Shown in pieces: positions 57,270 to 64,000 of a stretch of DNA of 64,000 nt. The notes beneath the pieces are model-generated. The model saw nothing but the letters and a program-made list of their open reading frames with translations. It was not told where the DNA came from and made no database searches. Origin of the DNA: Bacteroidota bacterium (lineage in GTDB: Bacteria > Bacteroidota > Ignavibacteria > UBA10030 > UBA6906); contig JANNSJ010000038.1 of NCBI GenBank assembly GCA_031402435.1, positions 15,597-79,596 of the forward strand, read 5' to 3'. Numbering within the stretch: position 1 is the stretch's first letter; the number at the start of each line of letters is the position of its first letter. A program made the translations under genes and the position numbers.

Positions 57270-58490
57270 TTACTTCAGCAAGAGCAATCTTCTCGTCTGC
57301 ACGAAATCGCCCGCTCGTAAGCGGTAAATGTACACACCACTCGCAACGCCCTCCGCATTCCACTTTACCTTGTAGCTGCCGGCATTCGAGTACCCTTCGG
57401 CGAGAACAGCAATCTCCTGCCCGAGGAGGTTGTACACTGTCAGAGAGATATTTCCTGCCAGCGGCAGATCGTATTGGATTGTGGTGGATGGGTTGAACGG
57501 GTTGGGGTAATTTTGTCGTAACATATATTCTGCCGGCCGGGTATTGCCATTGTCGTCATCTTCAACATCCGTGGTGCTTCCTCCGTTTGATGTACGCCGG
57601 ATGGTCCCATTCTGCCCTACAGCAGTTCCATGGTTCGCATCTGTAAAATCGACATCGTACAGATCCACCGTGGCCAGAGGAGGCTGGCTCGTCCAGCTTG
57701 CGCCGCTGTTCGTCGTGCGAAGGATTACACCCGTTCCGACTGCTGAGCCCGTGGAGCCGTTGATGAAATCGACCGCATAGAGATTGTTTGAGATTCCACT
57801 TGTCAACAAAACCCACGAATTCCCCCCGTTTGTTGTCCGGCGAATCACGCCACCGATACCGACGACGTAACCTGTATCCGCGTTCGGGAAAACAATGCCG
57901 CGTAGGTCGGCGGTGGTTCCACTCGTCAGAGCAGGCCATGTAAGTCCCGCATTGGTTGATTTGAGAATGGTGCCGGCGAATCCAGCCGCATAAAATAAAG
58001 TATTGCTCACAAGAAAGACCCCGGCCAATTCCACTGTTGCAGCGCCACTCCGGTTAATCCATGTACTCCCGCCATTGGAAGTGACAAGGATGGCACCGTT
58101 CTGTCCCGTGGCAACTCCGGCTAACACCCCTGCGAAATGAACGTGCACAAGATGCTCGGCTGTCGGACTCGTAGCGGGCAGCCAGTTCAACCCGCCGTTC
58201 GTGGTTCTGAGTATCAGGCCTCCTTCGCCAACAACCACCCCGGTTGAAGAGTTGATGAAATACACATCGCGCAGGAAACCGGACGTTCCACTCACCTGCG
58301 GAGTCCACGTCCCTCCTCCATCCGTGGTTTTGAAAATCTTGCCAAGAGTACCAACAACGTAACCGGTATCGCGGGAGACGAACGATGTCCCGAGAAGCAC
58401 TTCGTTTGTGGCAATCGTTTGACCAACCCATTGAGTGCGCGCCATGAACCCCGGCACGAGAATAAGAACAAAGAACACAATGCCTTTCAT
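57270..58490 (-). CDS. YCF48-like/BNR beta-propeller protein with T9SS CTD
   Basis: About seven 'G..VG..G.I..TTNGG.TW' repeats and CTD; AGGAG SD before MKGIVF. Confidence 0.88.
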   Translation of the reverse strand: MKGIVFFVLILVPGFMARTQWVGQTIATNEVLLGTSFVSRDTGYVVGTLGKIFKTTDGGGTWTPQVSGTSGFLRDVYFINSSTGVVVGEGGLILRTTNGGLNWLPATSPTAEHLVHVHFAGVLAGVATGQNGAILVTSNGGSTWINRSGAATVELAGVFLVSNTLFYAAGFAGTILKSTNAGLTWPALTSGTTADLRGIVFPNADTGYVVGIGGVIRRTTNGGNSWVLLTSGISNNLYAVDFINGSTGSAVGTGVILRTTNSGASWTSQPPLATVDLYDVDFTDANHGTAVGQNGTIRRTSNGGSTTDVEDDDNGNTRPAEYMLRQNYPNPFNPSTTIQYDLPLAGNISLTVYNLLGQEIAVLAEGYSNAGSYKVKWNAEGVASGVYIYRLRAGDFVQTRRLLLLK

Positions 58491-58765
58491 GGCACTTCTC
58501 CTGACGTAATGAGGTGAGTGGATACTGCGCTGGCGCTTCACGCCTTCTTGTGAAAGATCAACCACAACAATCCGCGGGCGGAGTGGATGATGGTACTATA
58601 CGAAAAAAGGAGAAGGAAAGTGGCGGGAACCTGTGGCACAGAAGAAAATGGTGTTGACTAATACGTCAGAGAGTTGCATGCATAGAGAATGGTACGGGAT
58701 GCGGAAGAGACGAGCTCTATCATGGTGTGAAAAAAAAACTGACAATGCCTGCGGCCGCGTTCCGC

Positions 58766-59923
58766 TCACCGCAAGAGAACCATTTTCTTCGTGAGAGAAT
58801 ACGAGCCCGATGTCAGTCGATAGAAATACACGCCGCTCGACAGAAATGATGCATCGAAGGCCACCGTGTGAAATCCCGCCTTCATATCCTGATGCACCAG
58901 GGTTGCAACTTCGCAACCGAGAAGATCATGCACCGTGAGGAAGGTCAATGATGCATAGGGAATGTCGAACCTGAGAGTGGTTGTGGGATTGAACGGGTTG
59001 GGATAGTTCTGCATCAGTGCAAACTCATACGGGATAACTGACGGGTCGAACACAACATCGTTCGTTGCGGTCCGCACAACCATGATGCCGGCCGGACTTG
59101 TGACTGCAACGGGCAAGTCGAGTGCGTTCTGTCCGTTGATGTCGGCCTTCCGGATTTTCGGGATGCCAATCTCCGTCCAGTACATCTTTCCTCCAACAAC
59201 ATCAAGAGCGATGTAATTGGGTGTGCCCGTGGAGGTGACAAGCAACTCAATGCCCGAGCCGCTAAAGTTTGCTCTCTTGATTGTCTTCGCGTTGGCCTCC
59301 GTCCAGTACATCTTTCCGCCAGCAATGTCGAGGCGGAGCCCGACGGGTCCGTTCAGAGAAGAAAGGATATCCTCAGGAGTAGTACCGTTGAGGTTCGCCC
59401 TCCTGATTTTTCCGAGGTCGAAGTCAGCCCAGTACATTTTCCCGGCAACAACATCCAGCGCAATTGAGCGGGGAGCTTCCGCTCCACCCTGATTCCATTT
59501 GATGAGCGTGTCGGGACTTGTCCCGTTGAGATTTGCACGGAGAATCATTGAGCCTGTTGCCAGATTCGTTGCCGTCCAATACATTTTGCGGGCAACAGAG
59601 TCAATCGCTATGTCCCTCAATACTGAGGCACCGCCAATAACGGTACGTCGCACTCCCGGCAGTTGCGAAGCCGCGTTGATGCGCGCGCCAGAGAAGGCAA
59701 GTTCCACCCAATACACCGAATCCCGGAGCGCATCGTAGGCAATACCCTGTGGCAGTGAAGTGGAGTCGAGGCTCAGTGCCTGTACATTCGACCCGTCAAC
59801 CGCCGACTTCTTCAGTGATGGAGACGAAAACGAACTCTCGACCCAATACAATGCTTGTGCATATCCATGACTTGCGATCAACCCCCAGACGATCAAAACA
59901 CTTATTCTGAATCGTGTTTTCAT
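58766..59923 (-). CDS. LDL-receptor class B (YWTD) beta-propeller protein with T9SS CTD
   Basis: Six 'P..IALD...KMYWT/A...I.RANL.G' repeats, signal peptide and CTD. Confidence 0.88.
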   Translation of the reverse strand: MKTRFRISVLIVWGLIASHGYAQALYWVESSFSSPSLKKSAVDGSNVQALSLDSTSLPQGIAYDALRDSVYWVELAFSGARINAASQLPGVRRTVIGGASVLRDIAIDSVARKMYWTATNLATGSMILRANLNGTSPDTLIKWNQGGAEAPRSIALDVVAGKMYWADFDLGKIRRANLNGTTPEDILSSLNGPVGLRLDIAGGKMYWTEANAKTIKRANFSGSGIELLVTSTGTPNYIALDVVGGKMYWTEIGIPKIRKADINGQNALDLPVAVTSPAGIMVVRTATNDVVFDPSVIPYEFALMQNYPNPFNPTTTLRFDIPYASLTFLTVHDLLGCEVATLVHQDMKAGFHTVAFDASFLSSGVYFYRLTSGSYSLTKKMVLLR

Positions 59924-59970
59924 ATCTCATCCTTGTTTGTTCCACCTGATTCGAGTTCACAAGCGTCCGG

Positions 59971-60597
59971 CTATTTGGAAGTGTCGCCTGTTGGAGATTC
60001 CACCGGATGAGGTGGAAAGATGCCCTGCAGAGCGATGCACCAGTTAAGCGCAAGCACGGGAGGCCGGTTCTCGTGGGGTTGGTTGTTGCCGGAAACCGAG
60101 ATTGCTGCGGGTGCGGCCGTTGTATTCGCGGTGGTACCGTACTGTGGCACGGCTGCCGCGTTCCGGGCTGGCAAACCGTTCTGGGGACTGTCGGAGCTTC
60201 CAACATTACTGGAAACATTGAGTGAGTGGATATGCGCCGGCATTTCTGATGTAGTCAGTGTGTGAAATTCTTCTCCGGCTTGCTGGCCAAGTTCGTAGTT
60301 GGAGAGACCGGGAGCCTGTCCAGAACTCACCGGAGCTCGACCTCGAAGATCGGGGAGCCCGAAGTTCGTCGTTCCATTCCCGCCATATGTTGTTCCGATG
60401 AGAGCGAACAGGGCGGTGTTCTGACTGATGGAAAGCAACTGTCCTTGACACAAAGCCCATCCTGTAGGGGCGAAATTGTATGGGAAAAGTCGTAGCTCAC
60501 CGATAAAATAATCCTGAGCCTGCGCTTGATTCAACGTAACGACTGTTAACGAGAAACAGATGATCAGTACGATCTTCAGGTGGCGGCTTCCAGCCAT
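59971..60597 (-). CDS. Phage tail-collar domain protein (microcystin-dependent-protein-like) with a signal peptide
   Basis: 'FIGELRLF..NFAP.GWA.C.GQLL.I.QNTALF.L.GTTYGG.G.T.F.LPDLRGR', 'MPAH.H' and 'CIALQGIFP'; AAGGAGG SD before ATG 60597. Confidence 0.9.
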   Translation of the reverse strand: MAGSRHLKIVLIICFSLTVVTLNQAQAQDYFIGELRLFPYNFAPTGWALCQGQLLSISQNTALFALIGTTYGGNGTTNFGLPDLRGRAPVSSGQAPGLSNYELGQQAGEEFHTLTTSEMPAHIHSLNVSSNVGSSDSPQNGLPARNAAAVPQYGTTANTTAAPAAISVSGNNQPHENRPPVLALNWCIALQGIFPPHPVESPTGDTSK

Positions 60598-60782
60598 GAT
60601 AACCTCCTTGTGTTTATGTTGGTCGAGATTGTAATATGCCAAGTTACCGAAAGACACCTACAACCGCAATCGGGCGGATGTCAGAGAATTCTCCCGCGCA
60701 AGAACTAACGCGAACAGGGATACAATCACAGCCTCCGCCAAGAATGAGACAGCGATCCCTTGATTGTAAACGTCCTGAAAAT

Positions 60783-60865
60783 CTACTAAGAGTTGGGTCA
60801 GGGACTCGTCGGTAGACATGAACACCTCTACTAACGACAACGCTTGTTAGTAGGGGTGTTAGTAG
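60783..60865. repeat. Short direct and inverted repeats resembling integrase arm-binding sites
   Basis: TGTTAGTAG at 60845 and 60857; inverse CTACTAAC at 60828 and CTACTAAG at 60783. Confidence 0.6.
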
Positions 60866-60891
60866 TTCGAAAGGTAATCGCTCTGAGTGTA

Positions 60892-60964
60892 GTGCACCAA
60901 CCGGATTCGAACCGGTGTTACAGGCTTGAAAAGCCCGTGTCCTAGGCCTCTAGACGATGGGGGC
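60892..60964 (-). tRNA. tRNA-Glu(TTC) with a mispaired acceptor stem, possible pseudo-tRNA
   Basis: Intact D, anticodon (CGGGC-TTTTCAA-GCCTG) and T arms; acceptor GCCCCCA versus TGGTGCA has 3 mismatches. Confidence 0.85.
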
Positions 60965-60977
60965 AAAAGCGGCTTCG

Positions 60978-61051
60978 TGACCCCGCCGCGATTTGAACGC
61001 GGAACCTACAGCTTAGAAGGCTGTTGCTCTATCCAGTTGAGCTACGGGGCC
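60978..61051 (-). tRNA. tRNA-Arg(TCT)
   Basis: GGCCCCG/CGGGGTC acceptor, ACAGC-CTTCTAA-GCTGT anticodon arm and TTCAAAT T loop. Confidence 0.95.
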
Positions 61052-61381
61052 ATCCGAACCTCTGACGACAACCACACGACGGGGTATGAAACGGAGAGCC
61101 CGGAGGGAATCTCTCACTTTCGACGGAAAAAATATACGGGTTTTGGCGTTCTGATGCAATCAGCAAGACACTCATCATCGGCAAACTCTTATCACAACAA
61201 TCAGCTTCCTCGTTTCCACAGGCCGTAGACACATCGAAGGAAAAAAGTCTCTCTTGGGTGTCCCCATCAAAGGCTCTGCTAAGATAAGGGAAACTCATTA
61301 CGATTCACAACAACTACTTCGTTAGAAAACGACGGGATTGAAAAACAGAAATTGGCGGGTACAGAAGGCAAGGTACAGCAG

Positions 61382-61456
61382 TCGGGGCGACAGGATTTGA
61401 ACCTGCGACTTCTTGGTCCCAAACCAAGCGCTCTAGCCGGGCTGAGCTACGCCCCG
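61382..61456 (-). tRNA. tRNA-Pro(TGG)
   Basis: CGGGGCG/CGCCCCG acceptor and CTTGG-TTTGGGA-CCAAG anticodon arm. Confidence 0.95.
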
Positions 61457-61673
61457 ATTACATCTTAGAACATGCTCAAGATACGAAACTCTGCCTGCGA
61501 AGGCAAGGAAGTTCGAACCGACTTCTTGACGATGGGGTCCGTTGTTGTCTTGCAAATAACCATTATTCGGCATATCTTGAACCTACATTGTTCATGACCA
61601 TGCGTACCACAATTAAAGTCGCTGGCTCCTCCTTTCAACTCTATCATTCTGCTACGGCCAGGTAAAGACGGTT

Positions 61674-62810
61674 ATGCAGTTGCCTGTCCCATCATTCGAT
61701 GATCGTCCGGTCCCTTATCTTGTATGCTATTTCTTTATTCTGTTATCGGCGTGTCTTTGGCCTCTGAATTTTTTCCAATCAAATCAAGTAACGTGGGAGC
61801 CCGATGGTGGACTAAGGTTCACTCCACCTGCCACGGCATACACATTGGTACCGCCGTTGAAACTCACCGCGCTGCATCAATGGACGATCCTCATGGACGT
61901 GAAGACCTTTCCACTATTGAAACAGGCAAGAATACTGAGCTACTCCCTTGGCGATCGGGAGTATAATCTCAATGTGGAACAACTGTTCGATGATCTGGTG
62001 GTCCGGATTCGAACAGGCAAGGATCAGAAGTCGAGAGAGATGCATGTGGCAGGTCTCTTTGGGCGATCCAATGAGCAACGCTTTCAACTGGCAATTGTGT
62101 ACAATGGGGAGGAAGTATCTCTCTATCTGGATGGCAAAAAGAGAGCTTCGCACCGAATTGGGGCAATCACCGACTCCTCGTGGGACGCCTCTTTTCCATT
62201 GGTATTAGGGAGCAGAGCCGATGGGAAGTTGCCCTGGAAAGGAATCTTTTATCACCTTGCCGTTTTTGATCGGGTGGTGTCCATGGATGAATTGAAAGAA
62301 ACTCCGACTCTCTTTGCCAACTCATCGACTGTTTTGCGCTACTCCTTCGATGAATTCAATGGAACAACTATCAATGATCAAGGTGCCGTACCGCCTGCCG
62401 CTATTACCATACCCGGCAATTTTATTCCCTACAAGCGGACAATTCTGCAATCACCGCGCGACTACTGGCCGGATGCTGGGCGACCATACTTACGCGACAT
62501 CATTGCAAACATCATCATCTATTTGCCCATAGGATATTTACTTTCAGTCTGGATGGCCCGGAACAATCAGCAGTTGGGTGCCATGGCGATTCCGCTCATT
62601 GCAGGTTTCGGGATAAGCCTCACCATAGAGCTTCTCCAGGCCTTTCTTCCGACACGAAACTCAAGCTCCGTGGATTTGGCAATGAACACACTTGGTACGT
62701 ATCTCGGAATGTATGCCCGGCACAACCGTTGGGCGGAAAAGTTGTTGAAGAGACTCAATGTATCATTTCGTCAGACCAACACAGTTGTGTTAGACAATTT
62801 TGGAATGTGA
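61674..62810 (+). CDS. VanZ family membrane protein with an inserted LamG/concanavalin-like domain
   Basis: 'LAIVYNG..VSLYLDG...LVLGS...WKG.F..LAVFDR' and 'NII.YLPIG...IELLQAFLPTR.SS..D...N.LG'. Confidence 0.82.
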   Translation: MQLPVPSFDDRPVPYLVCYFFILLSACLWPLNFFQSNQVTWEPDGGLRFTPPATAYTLVPPLKLTALHQWTILMDVKTFPLLKQARILSYSLGDREYNLNVEQLFDDLVVRIRTGKDQKSREMHVAGLFGRSNEQRFQLAIVYNGEEVSLYLDGKKRASHRIGAITDSSWDASFPLVLGSRADGKLPWKGIFYHLAVFDRVVSMDELKETPTLFANSSTVLRYSFDEFNGTTINDQGAVPPAAITIPGNFIPYKRTILQSPRDYWPDAGRPYLRDIIANIIIYLPIGYLLSVWMARNNQQLGAMAIPLIAGFGISLTIELLQAFLPTRNSSSVDLAMNTLGTYLGMYARHNRWAEKLLKRLNVSFRQTNTVVLDNFGM

Positions 62811-62815
62811 ACACC

Positions 62816-63835
62816 ATGAGCTTTTCTTCGGACGTATTGAAAATAGATACTGAACAGGAGATCCGGAGTCTTTCGGACTCAATCCGGGAGACAGTCAGGG
62901 ACACGTTGCGCCGGCGGGGCATCGTCATCGCTGTGTCGGGTGGGATCGACAGCTCTACGTGTGCGGCATTGTGTACCCACGCACTCGGCAAGGAACATGT
63001 CCTTGCCGTCTTTCTGCCGGAACGGGACTCATCCTCGGATGCGTTGAGGCTCGGACGCATGCTTGCGGAACGTTTCGAGATGCCGGCAGTCACCGAGACC
63101 ATCGAGGGAACTCTCGCTGCTGCTGGCTGTTACCAACGCCAGCTTGAGGCAATCCGCATGGTGTTTCCGGAATACGGAGAGGGATGGAAAAACAAAATTG
63201 TCCTCCCATCAATTCTCAGGAGCGACCGATTGAACGTCTCGTATTTGACTGTCGAGACGCCATCCGGCGAAACAAGATCTGAGCGGCTGCCACTCGCTGC
63301 CTATTTGCAACTTGTTGCGGCAACAAACTTCAAACAGCGTACACGCACCATGATGGCATACTTTCACGCTGACCGGTTGAACTACGCCGTCTGCGGAACG
63401 CCCAACAGGCTGGAGTACGATCAGGGTTTCTTTGTGAAGGGTGGCGATGGGTTGGCAGACTTCAAGCCGATCGCTCATCTCTATAAAACCCAGGTCTATG
63501 AAATGGCGCGGGCGCTTGGTGTTCCCGACGAGATCTGCAAACGACAACCGACAACAGACACGTTCTCACTCCCGCAATCACAGGAGGAGTTCTATTTTGC
63601 ACTCCCATATGAAAAAATGGACCTTTGCCTGTACGCACATAACCATGGTAACACTGCTGAAGAGGTTGCACCGGTTGTTGGATTGACGGCGGAACAAATC
63701 AACAGGGTGTTCAAAGACATCGAAGCAAAACGACGGGCAACACTCTCGCTGCATCTCACTTCCATTGTTGCGAAGCCGATACCGGAAATCGCAGCCATGA
63801 AGGGCCCGGCGCTCACATCCGGAACGACAGGGTAA
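62816..63835 (+). CDS. nadE: NH3-dependent NAD synthetase-like protein
   Basis: SGGIDS PP-loop, 'NFKQRTR', 'GTPNRLE...GFFVK.GDG..D.KPIAHLYKTQV'. Confidence 0.85.
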   Translation: MSFSSDVLKIDTEQEIRSLSDSIRETVRDTLRRRGIVIAVSGGIDSSTCAALCTHALGKEHVLAVFLPERDSSSDALRLGRMLAERFEMPAVTETIEGTLAAAGCYQRQLEAIRMVFPEYGEGWKNKIVLPSILRSDRLNVSYLTVETPSGETRSERLPLAAYLQLVAATNFKQRTRTMMAYFHADRLNYAVCGTPNRLEYDQGFFVKGGDGLADFKPIAHLYKTQVYEMARALGVPDEICKRQPTTDTFSLPQSQEEFYFALPYEKMDLCLYAHNHGNTAEEVAPVVGLTAEQINRVFKDIEAKRRATLSLHLTSIVAKPIPEIAAMKGPALTSGTTG

Positions 63836-63841
63836 GCCTCC

Positions 63842-64000
63842 ATGTGCGGCATCGCCGGCATTGTCAACCTCACTGATCGTCACGACCCACCTTCTGTGGA
63901 ACTGCTGCGATGCATGGTCAGTGCAATCCAGCACCGCGGGCCGGATGAGTTTGGCTTGTATCGCGACCATCGGGCCGGACTTGGTAATGCGCGGCTCTCC
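63842..64000 (+). CDS. asnB: Glutamine-hydrolysing asparagine synthase family protein, 5' part (runs off the window)
   Basis: MCGIAG N-terminus, 'HRGPD..G' and 'GLG.ARLS'. Confidence 0.88.
   Translation, partial: MCGIAGIVNLTDRHDPPSVELLRCMVSAIQHRGPDEFGLYRDHRAGLGNARLS

Noticed and set aside
58566-58765. TGGCAC as a sigma54 promoter
   Set aside because: No TTGC at the -12 position, and it faces away from the neighbouring genes
59971-60597. Prophage inferred from the tail-collar gene
   Set aside because: No capsid, terminase, tail or integrase genes, and the protein has a signal peptide
60658-60819. Short ORF (MSTDESLTQLL...) as an integrase remnant
   Set aside because: It has a GAGGTG SD but no recognisable motif; left uncalled

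Overview
Bacterial chromosomal window, most likely from an Ignavibacteria-like member of the FCB group. The evidence is six secreted proteins ending in a T9SS-type C-terminal domain ('QNYPNPFNPxT...KK/RMxLLK/R'), together with E. coli-like sigma70 promoters and Shine-Dalgarno sites. About 1-50 kb is mostly housekeeping or ordinary accessory DNA: an MlaE/F/D-type ABC operon, a Rieske oxygenase with transporters, mce, an ECF sigma/Ser-Thr kinase pair, a GH13 amylase, truA, priA, an ada-methyltransferase-ogt operon, murB, a TMEM175 K+ channel, an M49 peptidase, a DEAD-box helicase and an M16 peptidase pair. About 50.3-60.9 kb is a patchwork accessory region: a MazF toxin-antitoxin pair, vsr and ORF6N gene fragments, an HNH nuclease operon, a DinB-ArsR-SRPBCC operon and three secreted proteins. 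It is interleaved with large structured non-coding repeats and ends at a tRNA-Glu whose 3' acceptor strand is broken, next to integrase-arm-like repeats. The window ends with tRNA-Arg, tRNA-Pro, a LamG-VanZ fusion, a NadE-like gene and the start of an asnB-like gene. Best leads: (1) a TIMP-like protein encoded just upstream of a matrixin protease; (2) a family of structured intergenic elements carrying a nested 33-bp mini-insert; (3) the disrupted tRNA-Glu/att remnant; (4) a signal-peptide-bearing tail-collar protein beside T9SS beta-propellers; (5) an aldo-keto reductase lacking its catalytic His in an operon with TMEM175; (6) a lipoprotein that looks like a stand-alone CTD. All calls come from reading motifs by eye; no database searches were run.
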